The translations under genes and the position numbers were made by a program. Below, piece by piece: positions 25,819-37,057 of a stretch of DNA of 64,000 bases. Origin of the DNA: Octopus vulgaris (lineage: Eukaryota); NCBI GenBank assembly GCA_951406725.2, contig OX597830.1, positions 58,094,001 through 58,158,000 on the forward strand, written 5' to 3'. Within the stretch, counting starts at the first letter, position 1; each line of letters starts with the position of its first letter. Under the pieces are notes generated by a model. It had not been told where the DNA came from. It did not search any database and saw only the letters and a program-made list of their open reading frames with translations.

Positions 25819-26581
25819 GTAAGTATTTAATTGTTTTTTAAACCAGCCTTGTAACCATTGTAAATCTTTTTCTTAAGCTCTGTGCTCTGGGGCATTCAAC
25901 TCCTTAACAAACCAATTGAGATAAATTACAAAACTGGAGAAAACTGGTGAGGGTCTGCATCAGTCACAAATAATCCAAAAGGAAGTGTGGTAGTTAAAAT
26001 AGATGTAATTACCATGAGGGTAGGGAGAGGTCTGTTAGTTTAGGCTCAGATTCTTCATTGAGGAAAAGCAGAACGTGTTGTGTGCTTCAGGTGTAAATTA
26101 CCTGAGTTTGGGTGGCTTTCAGTCCTCAGTTGAAATGTTTCTGTTTACTTTATTAATCCTGTGCGAGGAAAGATCACAGTTTCCAATATTCTAAATGTGT
26201 TGTTTTCTAAGGAAAACATTTCTTGTATCAGAGAATAAAAGGTGATTCCTCAGCAAGTTGGTTTTGATTCTCAGGCAAAACTCTTCCTTTTGTTTCTCTT
26301 CTTTAAATTTGCAGCTTTATGTTTAGGTAAATTGTAATTGATCTTTACATTCTGAATTTGAAAAGGAAATTCTATCTCAATTGTTTATTCTGTGATGCTT
26401 GTCTAAATGTTTTAATTTTGTCTAAACTGTTTATTATTTGAGTAAAGACTGCAATAAGGGGACCGCACCTCAGTGGCTGTGTGGCATTTAAATCGTTAAG
26501 CTTTAATTTTCACAAGTTCTGTGTTATTACATCTCTGAGAATTGTACACCATATCAGCTAAATCATCCCAACTGAAGAACA

Positions 26582-27076
26582 TTATTTACATTTGACAGAT
26601 ATTTGTCCTCATTTTGTTTGTTGTTAACACATTTCGGCTGATATATCCTCCAGCCTTCATCGGGTGTCTTGGGGAAATTTTGAACCTGGGTTCTCATTAC
26701 TAAGGTTTTTTTGATGTTGTTGTTATTATTATTATTATTCAGGTCACTGCCTGGAATTGAATTCGGAATCTTGAGGTTAGTAGCCTGCTCTCTTAACCAC
26801 TACGCCATATGCCTGTGGCATAGTGGTTAAGAGAACAGGCGACTAACCCCAAGATTCTGAGTTCAAATCCAAGCAGTGACCTGAATAATAATAATAACAA
26901 CATCAAAAAATACCTTAGGAATGAGAAGCCAGGTTCAAAATTTCCCCAAGACACCCGATGAAGACTGGAGGATATATCAGCCGAAATGTTGTGTTAACAA
27001 CAAACAAGATGAGGACAAATATCCATCAAATGTAAATAATGTACATAATTTCTCATGTCTTAAATATAGAACTGTA
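26582..27076. mobile_element. Palindromic tRNA-head/hammerhead element, copy A (longest)
   Basis: ~230-bp inverted arms meeting at ~26807-26816; A box TGGCATAGTGG 26816, B box GAGTTCAAATCC 26859; mutated hammerhead core CCGATGA..GAAA at 26955-26986; TSD TGAAGAACA at 26573-26581 and 27077-27085. Confidence 0.85.
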
Positions 27077-28029
27077 TGAAGAACACTTCTTAGAATGTAT
27101 GAAATGTCTCTATTTTCAGCTCTGTTTACTTCAAGCAAAAAAAAAAACACAAAAAACATGGGAAAGCGGATGTGAAAATAGGAAGAATATATTTGATAGT
27201 AAAATTGTTTTATATTGGTGGCACATAAAAAGAATCTTTTGAGTGTTGGGCCTCATGGAGGCAATGTCGCCGATGTTGGTGTCGTGTAACTGGCACCTGT
27301 GGCAGTGGTGTGTAAAAAGCACCTTTTGATAGTGTGGGCCTCACAAAAGCAATGACAAATGACCGAGACCTTTGTCAGTGTGCTGTGAAATTGTAATTGT
27401 GGCAGGTACTGGTGTCTCACAACTGGCACTTGTACCGGTGGCATGTAAAAGCACCCATTACACTCTTGGAGTGGTTGGCATTAGGAAGGGCATCCATCTG
27501 TAGAAACCCTGCCAAATCAGTCAGGAGTCTGGTGCAGCCCCTTCACTTACCAGCCCTGTCAAACTGTCCAAACCATGGACAATGGACATTAAATGATGAT
27601 GGTGATGATGATTGAGAAAAGAAACTACACAATTGAATCTTTAAATGTAACACAGTGGGGAGTTGAGTGATTATTGTTTGGCTATCGGTAAAGCATTTTA
27701 ATCAGCCAAAGGTTCTGTTGTTGTTTGAACCCAGATCAACAAGTTGTGACTGTTCCCTTTTTTTTAGAGTATCTAGGACTACACTATCTAATGTGTCTGT
27801 TTTTAAAAACTCTTTAGTGTCTGAATTGAAAGGCATTTGGTTGCAGTTTCTAGCAGATCAAGTGACCACAGCATTTCCCTTGTTGGTTCAAGCTTCCATT
27901 GTGATGATAGTAACAGGGCTTTCATTACAGGGTTTTGGTACTTTACATTAGAACAATAGACACAATTCACTTGGGAATGTATTCATCATTAATAACTGAC
28001 CTTTTCCTCCTCCTTTTTCTTTTCTGTAG

Positions 28030-28167
28030 ATACTCAGTCAAGTTTGGCCGTATGTTGGTATATATGTCCAGAACTTACTCACCAAAACTGTTGAACCAAA
28101 GATCAAGGAGAATTTACCTGCAGCTTTACAGTCATTTAAATTTGAGAAGATTGATTTGGGTGATATT
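28030..28167 (+). CDS. ESYT2: E-Syt exon 3 (ILSQVWPYVG...FKFEKIDLGDI), SMP domain
   Basis: TGTAG acceptor, GTAAGT donor, 138 nt, phase 0/0. Confidence 0.95.
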
Positions 28168-28630
28168 GTAAGTATCTTATTGATTTTTAACGATATTTTT
28201 TCATTGATCTATTTAAAGAGTGCACAAACACACACACACGCAAAACTACATAGAAATTACATTAAGAATACAGTTTTTGAGTGTGTTATACTTCAAGTTG
28301 TTAGTGTTCTACAACTTTTTCCTTGTTCCTCTCTCCTTTTACTAGTTATCAGTCAGTGATTTGCGACCATGCTGGAGCTCTTTTAGTAAAGATTTTAATT
28401 GACCTCATACTATTTCACTCTGGTACTTACTTTATGAAATGGTTCAGTTTTACTCCATTTACGTAGACAGAGATTTACACTGATTTATACACATGTGTAA
28501 CCATATGAGAATGCTCCGCTTGGTCTGAGGAAGACTATCACTGACTCTTAAAAGACCATGAGATGCCTACATGATGTCTTTTGGTAAATATTGCAAACAA
28601 GCCTTGTATGTGTGCATCAGTATTCTTTAA

Positions 28631-28852
28631 CCATTTTGTTACCATATTTGTGTTGAGATGCTCTGTGTCTCTTTCAATTAATTTTAAATATAACAAAGAA
28701 TTTAGTAAAATAACTTAGTTATCATTTAGCTCTGTGTCAGGAACATAAATTGTGACTAAGGTTTGGTGGAAGATTTTAATTCAAAACTAATGAAAACAAG
28801 ACATTTGTTTACAGAGCCAGAGGTGGACTCAGCTGGGTTGGTAACAAAAGGG
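28631..28852 (-). mobile_element. piggyBac-type MITE (same family as 24501)
   Basis: TTAA flanks and TIRs; further copies or relatives at ~30870-31088, 56402-56630, 60708-60935. Confidence 0.8.
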
Positions 28853-29188
28853 TTAAACAACCAGTTTGGTTTCTGCTGAGAGTACCTGGTGCATATCAGC
28901 TTACCCTACACTTAGCAATACCTGAGTAAGATTTTAGGCTATGAGGTTTGCATCACACCTCATGGACCCTTTCCATTCTATTGACAAGATATCCAACCTC
29001 AATAAAGGTTGCAGACTTGGGATTATGGGAGAATCATGATCTTCAGCTAGCACTGGAATCCTCCAAAATGGCAAAGACTATCCCTTTAGAAACTATATGA
29101 GTAGGTTTGTGATCAAGGACATTCCATCTTCCTTTCTTGGACTACATTTTCTAATGTGTCTTTCCTGCTTTCTTTTTAAAGATAGTTA

Positions 29189-29790
29189 TTGGGTTGGTGC
29201 ATAATTATTGTGGCTTTTTTCAACAAATTTTATTCAACAAAAGCAATAACATGTAACAAAAACATCTTTAAATGATTATTCTGGAGCATAATCACCATCT
29301 ACTTCAATTACTGCTTCCCATTTGCTTGGAAGACAGTCAGACTGTCATTTAAAGATGTTTTTGTTAAATATTATTATTGTTTTTGTTGAATAATTGTTGA
29401 ATTTGTTGAATTTTAGAAAATTACTATTTATAAATCTCACAACTAGAGATAATCAACATCAGTACTTTGGAGTAAAGATTGTTTGCCAATTGTTGTCCTG
29501 GTTTAGGATAAATGTTGCTGTAATTTAGCCCCAGGAGACATCGTCTCCAGCTGGCTATATGACATGATCTGTGTCCTTATATTTTCGAACAAGGGAATCT
29601 AGCACCCCCCACTAGGCTCAAAACATAAGGACCCAGATCGTGTTGTATAGCCAGCTGGAGACGATGTCTCCTGGGGCTAAATTACAGCAACATTCATCCT
29701 AAACCAGGACTGCCATGTTATGTTGGCAAATAATCTTTACTGAATAAAATTTGTTGAAAAAAAAGCCGCAATAATTATGCACCAACCCAA
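29189..29790. mobile_element. Mariner-type MITE carrying a nested fold-back element
   Basis: TA flanks; ~50-bp TIRs TTGGGTTGGTGCATAATTATTG(T/C)GGCTTTTTT..CAACAAATTTTATTCA. Confidence 0.88.
29471..29741. mobile_element. Fold-back element with ~115-bp inverted arms
   Basis: AGTAAAGATT..GTCCTGGTTTAGGAT..CCAGGAGACATCGTCTCCAGCTGGCTATA.. mirrored by ..TATAGCCAGCTGGAGACGATGTCTCCTGG..ATCCTAAACCAGGAC..AATCTTTACT. Confidence 0.85.
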
Positions 29791-30179
29791 TACTAAGTTT
29801 GACTGGTATTTCTAGCAGGTTGAGTCACTGTATAGAGGCTTCTTCTTGGCTCATTTAGAAGTTTGTAAATATTAGAGATATTATTCTAAAACCAGATTTT
29901 ATGCTTCAAGAAAGTTAGCTTTAATAAAATGTTTGATTTCATTAAAAAAGATTAAATTTAATCAGTTCTGTGATTCCAGCATGGAAACCTTTAAATGCTA
30001 AACTGTGATAATGATTAATCAGCGTGTTTGATTAAATATTTGAGTGCTGTCATGACTGCATGATTAAGACATTTGAATTGCACATGTGTGGCTCGGAGTT
30101 TAATCTCATAGTGTGGCACCTTCAGCAAGTGTTGCTTGTCATGGTCTTGTGAGTGGAATTTACTAGATAAAAAGTTCAT

Positions 30180-30222
<43 letters not shown>

Positions 30223-30399
30223 CTTTCAAGTTATGGACTCTTGAATATACTTCAAAAATTTTCAAAGCTAAAATCATGAGATTTTTTCAGGCCTCTTTTG
30301 CACCTGTGCACTCTCTCTTCTATCTGCCACCTTGTCTGTGCATGCACCACTTAAAACTGCCCTTCTGTTGTCATGGATCTCATTTGCCAGTATCTCATT

Positions 30400-30609
30400 C
30401 AGCAGTTGTCAACCATTCTAATATTCAGGCCAGATCCAAAACCTGAACTCTTTTTTTTAGGGGGCTCTGCGCCAAAAAATAAAAACCCAAAGGACACAAG
30501 TCAATTAACGAAAAATTGATTATATTTATAGTGGGGAGACCATCAAGGGCCACCAGAAGGATGCTTGGGAGCAGCATGTGGCCTTGGGAGCCACAGTTGA
30601 GAATCACTG
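30400..30609. mobile_element. hAT (Charlie-like) MITE
   Basis: CAGCAGTTGTCAAC ... GTTGAGAATCACTG imperfect TIRs. Confidence 0.6.
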
Positions 30610-31744
30610 ATCTAGCGGCTCCTTCCTTTTGACCCCTCATCTTGTTTCTGCATGCACTAATTCATCTGACTATGCTCTTGTTACTAACTTTAAACAAACA
30701 CTTTTTTCTCTCCTTAAACTTCTCCATTCCTTTCATTTCTCATTTCACAATAATAAGACAACTTCTTTTTGCTGATGCAGAACACCATTGTTTTTCTTGC
30801 ATTCTGCTGTTTTTTTCTATTTGCTGGGGATTTCAATTATTGCTAGATTTAACTACTAACACTTCAGGCATAATACCAACCTGGCTGTAACTGCCTCTGG
30901 CTCTGTAGTACAAAGGTCTTGTCTTCAAAAGTTCTGAATTGAAATCCTCCACCAAATCTTAGTCACAATTTATGTTGCTAACACTAGCTGAATGATAACT
31001 AAGTTATTTTACTAAATTCTTTGTTATATTTAAAATTAACTGAAAGAAACACAGAGTACCTCAACAGAAATATGGTAACAAGAGTTAATCTTAGTCAAGA
31101 TGACTGCAAAGAGGCAGTCAGTAAATGGAAGTAAATGCAGTAGTGTGTAAAGGAGTTACATTGTACATTAGACCTCTAATGTTTTAAAAGAGGTTTGATG
31201 TAGGAGAAAAGCTCAACCATATTGTAAAACTTAAAAGCTTGTAATGTCTACAGTGGGAGCAGCATGTGACAAAGAAGATAAAATCAGGTCAAGTAGCTAC
31301 TCTGTTAAATGCACAGGCATTGTTCTTTTAATAGATCTGAAGTGATGCTTTAAGATGAAACGGCTGTTGTGTTTGTGGACTGGCAATGAGGTAGATCTCT
31401 GGGGTGCTTCAATTTTAGGATTCTTTGTTTCATGTATGTAGACCACAGCAGAAAACAGTATTCAAAGTGAGGATGGGTGAAGGTAGAAAAGAGAAGGACA
31501 ATTGTAGGAACATCTCTAGACCAGAAAGCCCTGAGAATCCCGGAGCATGCCCTGCAGGCCATGTCAACTTTACTGCACAAGTGAGCACTCTAGCTTAAGT
31601 TGTTGTTGACAGTTTTTCCAAGGTCCCCCCTCTGGTGTTTCATACTACAAGGTTTTCACATGAGGGAGTAACGTAGGATGGCTTAAGTGCAGCCTCTTTA
31701 CTGAAGTGGATTAATTCAAATTTATCCTCGTTTAGCTGCATATA

Positions 31745-32450
31745 GGCATTGGCATGGCTGTGTGGTAAGGAGCTTGCTTCCCAACTACATGGTTCTGGGT
31801 TCAGTCCTGCATGCCACCTTGAGTGAGTGTCTCCTACTGTAGCCTCAGGCTGACCAAAGCCTTGTGAGTGGATTTCGTAGATGGAAACTGAAAGAAGCCT
31901 CTGTGTGTACTTCAGTCAAATGAAATCATTGTTGTGGCCAATGCCAGTACCACCTGACTGGCACTTGTGCCTGTGGCATGTAAAAGTCACCATTTGAGTA
32001 TGGTTGATGCCAGTGCCACCTGACTGGTCCTGTGCCTGTGGCACATAAAAAGCACCCACTATACTCTCAGAGTGGTTGGCATTAGGAAGGGCATTCAGAT
32101 GTAGAAACCTTGCTAGATCAGATTGGAGTCTGGTGCAGCCTTCTGGCCTTGCCAGTCCCCAGTCAAACCGTCCAACCCATGCCAGCATGGAAAGTGGACG
32201 TTAAACGACGATGATGATGATGTGTTTCTTTGTGTCTGTTTGTCCTCCCCACCACCACTTGACAACCGGTGCTGATGTGTTTAGATCCCTATAACTTAGC
32301 GATTCAGCAAAAGAGACCGATAGGATATGTACTCGGCTCTTACAAAAAAAAAAAAAGAAAATAAGATCTGTAGTTAATTCCTTTGACTAAAAATTCTTCA
32401 CTGTGGTGCCCCAGCATGACCACAGTCTAATGACTGAAACAAGTAAAAGA
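31745..32450 (+). mobile_element. SINE family A split by an RTE 3'-UTR copy (31915-32221)
   Basis: SINE head and core to ~31905, RTE tail ending (GAT)n, SINE 3' body resumes ~32222. Confidence 0.8.
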
Positions 32451-32603
32451 ATATTGTTTTTTTTTTTTCTTTCTGCCCATTGGATAACAGCGAGGAGATC
32501 CGATTGGGGATTAGTCCAGTTTCCTACCCTGATGACAACCTTCAGAAGCTTTGTCATCTGTGAAAGTTCTAATGTTGCTGTGTTTGATGACATCAATGAT
32601 ATT

Positions 32604-32771
32604 CCATTTCTATATTTAAGAAATGTGGAATTATGTACATTATTTTCATTTGACGGATATTTGTCCTCATCTTGTTTGTTGTTAATGTTTCGGCTGATAT
32701 ACCCTCCAGCCGAAATGTTGTGTTAACAACAAACAAGATGAGGACAAATATCTGTCCATTCTAAATAATGT
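32604..32771. mobile_element. Palindromic tRNA-head/hammerhead element, copy B (centre deleted)
   Basis: Inverted arms joined at CAGCC; 12-bp TSD ATCAATGATATT at 32592-32603 and 32772-32783. Confidence 0.85.
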
Positions 32772-34431
32772 ATCAATGATATTAATGTAAATAATGAAGA
32801 GGAGTGGGCCCACTGCAGTGCCTTGTAGGACTCCACTGATGACTCTTACCGAGCTTGATCAAAGACCATCGCACATTCAAGGTTCTGTGCATCAGAAAAC
32901 ATTCAACCCACTTTCCTAGTTTCTTTCAGACTCCAATGTTGGATGGTCTCTTTTGTAGTATGCTGTGGTCAGCTATGTTGAAGGTCTTGTTGAAGTCAAG
33001 ATATGTGACATCTGCATTGGAGCCCTCTCTCAGGTCCTTCAGGATGTCATCAAAATAATGCAGGATTTGTGTTGGGGTATCTCTGCCATTGCAGAAACCA
33101 TACAGGTTGGGAATAAGCAGGCTGTTATTTCCCGAAAAGTTGCTCGAGACCTCATCACACTCTCAAATAATTTGTTGTTGTTGTTGATGTTGATGTTGAT
33201 GATGATGATGATGATGATTGTGTGTGTATGAGAAAACATGTGGAAGGAGTAGTAGACCCAGGAAGATGTGGGACAAAGTGGTGAGAAAGGATCTTCAGGT
33301 GTTGGGCTTCACAGAGGGGACAACAGGGGGCCAAGACTCCTGGCAGTTTGCTGTGCTTTAGAAGACATGTCAAACTAAATAAAATCATGGTTGCCTTTGC
33401 TTCCAGGCATGACCCCTTGCATCCTTCTTCAGCTGAGCGTTCCTAGTCTTGTGGGCTTGAGGGTGCCACATAAACACACCCACGTTGGTGCTGCATAAAA
33501 GCACCCAGTAGACTCTGTAAAGTGGTCGGTGTTAGGAAGGGCTTCCAGCTGTAGAAACCAAGCCAAATTTGACCTGGCTGCATGGAAAATGGATGTTAAA
33601 GGATGATGATGATGAGGAGGAGGAGGAGAAGGATAAAATGTAGTGTGTGTTGAAAAATGTCAATAATTCAAATATGCTTATTAAAATTTGAGTCTGGGGT
33701 TTGGACAAAGAATTTTATCTGTTCTGGAGTGGTCATCAAGATGGTTCACCACCTGCTGTTTTGAATCTGTGTGTGAATGTTTAAACAATGGATAAATGAG
33801 TTTTGGGAAGGTTCAATAAACAGCTGACGTTCCTCTCTCTCTCTCTCTCACGTGCACACACAAAGCAATTTACACAATAAACTGACTATTTTCGAGAAAT
33901 TCCAGCTGAAGGTACTAAAAGAGTGTTATCATCATCTTCATCATCACCATTTAATGTTTTTCATGCTGGCCTGTGTTGGATGGTTTGATAGGGATGGGTG
34001 AGCCAGAGGACTGTGCCTGGCTCTTCTGCTTTGGTTCTGTAGTCTTGTGGTTTGTATGAAAAATCCACGTTATTGTCAGCTCTCTTTTTATTCATCAATC
34101 AATTAATCAATCATGGAGCTTTAAGAAAAAAAATGTTACCATACAAACTAATAATTATCCTTAAAAAAAAACATATATTGAATTAAACTCAGTCTTCCTC
34201 AAGTAAACTGTCTTTCTAGCAGTTACTACTACCTGAATTGGCATTAATTCATTAAGACTATTTTATCAGTTTGTCTTATCACCGACCTGGCCAATTTCTC
34301 TGAAAAGTTTCCTGTGAGATTTTAGGGAGATTTACTAAGTGATATCTTGACTGATATTATTGCCATCTGTTAAGTAATAAAATTAGATGTCATATCACTG
34401 CATTTAATCATCTCATATATATATATATATA

Positions 34432-34831
34432 GGCACAGGAGTGGCTGTGTGGTAAGTAGCTTGTTTACCAACCACATGGTGCCGGGTTCAGTCCGTGGCA
34501 CCTTGGGCAAGTGTTTTCTGCTATAGCCTTAGGCCGACCAAACCCTTGTGAGTGGATTTGGTAGACGGAAACTGAAAGAAGCCCATCGTATATATATGTA
34601 TATATATGTATATATGTGTGTGCGTGTATGTTTGTGTTTGTCCCCTTAGCATTGCTTGACAACCGATGCTGGTGTGTTTATGTCCCCGTCACTTAGCAGT
34701 TCGGCAAAAGAGACCGATAGAATAAGTACTGGGCTTACAAAGAATAAGTCCTGGGGTCGAGTTGCTCGATTAAAGGTGGTGCTCCAGCATGGCTGCAGTC
34801 AAATGACTGAAACATGTAAAAGAGTAAAGAG
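34432..34831 (+). mobile_element. SINE family A, full length
   Basis: GGCACAGGAGTGGCTGTGTGGTAAG head through AAAAGAGTAAAGAG tail, inserted in (TA)n. Confidence 0.9.
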
Positions 34832-35483
34832 ATATATATATACATATACACCATAGTTATTTAAATGAGAGCCGATCTTTAGAAATGTTTGTAGTATTTA
34901 AACGTCAGACAATTCTCAATGAGTTGAAAGATGTCAACTTGAGTTGATGTTAATGTGAATGTGTGTCCCCGCAGATTGTATACTAATTACCATGACAACA
35001 CAGTCAACGTCAATGAAGAAAGGAAAAACACTTAACAAACTTTTGAAATGAATTTCATCAAGAAACAGAATCATTGTTCTCAGAATTTAACAATGGCAAT
35101 AATTACCGTTTTAGATGCTGTGGCAGTACATATACACAATAAAATAATTATAGATGCATCCAAAACAAAAAAAAAAATAGAATGCTTGACCTACCTGGCA
35201 ACAAAAACTATAAATCCAGTTACACAATGGAAATAGCTCTCTTAGGTCATAAATACTAGAGACAGCCTCAAACACAAAACATGGAAACCACCCACAACTG
35301 AAATAAACTCAGCATCATACACCAAAACAAGAAAATAACAAAAATAGATAAACACTAGAAAAACAAAAGTGGTTAACATTTTTACTCTGCATAAGCCACA
35401 CATAATTATCAATATATAAAAAGTAATTTGCAGCATCGTCAATAACAAGCACAACAATGGATACTGCATAGCCAAGTGATAAT

Positions 35484-36140
35484 AGCTCTTTCTATTATAG
35501 GCATAAGACCTGATATTTGGTGGGGAAGGAGGGGAAAATCAATCCCATCAACCCCTAGTGCTTTACTGGTACTTAATTTATTCCATCCTGAAAGGATGAA
35601 AGGCAAAGTTGACCTCGGAATAGAAACCCCTGTGCCAGTGGCACATAAAAAGCATCCACTACACTCTTAGAGTGGCAGGGAATCCAACTGTAGAAACATT
35701 GCCAGATCAGATTGGAGCCTGGTGTGGCTACTGGCTCTCCAGACCTCAGTCAAACTGTGCAACCCATGCCAGCATGGAAAAACGGACATTAAATGATGAT
35801 GATGAACATGAAGAAGACTGGGTGAAATGCCACTGAGCATTTTGTCCAATGTGCCACTGATTCTGCCAGCTTCACTGCCTTTCAACTAAGTGATAATAAC
35901 CTCAGCTAATATATCCACACTGCAGGGTGGTGAGCTGGCAAGATCATTAGCATGCCAGGCAAAATGCTTAGTGGTATTTCGTCTGCCGTTATGTTTTGAG
36001 TTCAAATTCCTCCGAGGTCACCTTTGCCTTTCATCCTTTCGGGGCCAATAAATTAAGTACCAGTTGCATACTGGGGATGATCTAATCGACTGGCCCACTC
36101 CCCAAAAATTTCGGGCCTTGTGCCTAGAGGAGAAAAGAAT
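35484..36140. mobile_element. Head-to-head pair of family B SINEs: 35484-35885 (-, split by an RTE tail) and 35926-36140 (+)
   Basis: Both copies are readable against 5240-5455. Confidence 0.8.
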
Positions 36141-37057
36141 ATATCCATACTGCAAAACTAAACCCTCATCAGACATTTCCTGAAAATCCACCACCAAAAT
36201 CACTTGCAGAAGACAAGAACACGAAAGAGGGTTTCTTTTTTCTTATTAACCTTTTGAAGGGTTTCAATATTCCTAAGTCCATATGTGGCAAGTTTGCAGA
36301 AGTTTTAGCTTGCCAGGCAATTTCAAATTAACTGCAACTGATGTCGTATGAATTCCTATTATGAAGTTCTTTGAAATGCTTGACACTTTGAATGCTTGCA
36401 TAAAAAACGGCAAATGGTGCTGGTTGAAGTTCTAATTTTGATATTTTGCTGCTGGAGAAAGAACTGCTTTGCTAGCCTTTTCTGAAATTGAGTTTATTGC
36501 AGCACTATTTTACTATGTTTAGCTGAAGAAGCAGGATCTGAGAAGTTAGTCTTGTGTGCTCATATTTCAATATCATGGCTTAGTTGATCAAGAGATTTTA
36601 AACTTTTTATTTTACTTAATTAACCGTTTGATCATTGTTTAAATGGATGCAGTTTTGGAATATATCCATTGTTAGAAAATACTTAGCTTGTTCAAACTTC
36701 AGTGATTCTCAGGTACAAGTTGCAACTTTCATGTTGACAATGTGAAGGTGGCACCCTGTACTCAAAGCTCACCCAGATTTCCACCTCATTGCTGCTGATG
36801 TGTTTCACTTTATTGTACCAGCGTTTTCTGTATGATTGTATAACATGCTAGAAATAGTACCCACATATCACTCTCAATTCATACCCTATTGTCATAATTT
36901 GTTTATAAGCTACACTGCTTGTCAAAAAATGCCATTAATATAAATTTTTAAATAAAACAGAAAAGTAGCAGATTGCAGCCCCACTAAATTTTTTAATAAC
37001 ACAAAACTTAGGAAGCAATATCAACAACAGCAACAATAATAATAATAATAATAATAA

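Larger units (their letters stand above)
31130..33165 (-). mobile_element. Old CR1/L2-type LINE fragment interrupted by three younger insertions
   Basis: Minus strand SGVLQGTAVGPLLFIIYIN..NIRTFTDD (RT) and THPHFEYCFLLWS (RPHLEYC-like); interrupted at 31745-32450 and 32604-32771. Confidence 0.75.

Noticed and set aside
26816-26881. Functional tRNA genes here and at SINE heads (e.g. 19608, 34432, 50750-50825)
   Set aside because: Only A/B boxes and partial arms; no complete acceptor stem, and each is fused to a repeat body
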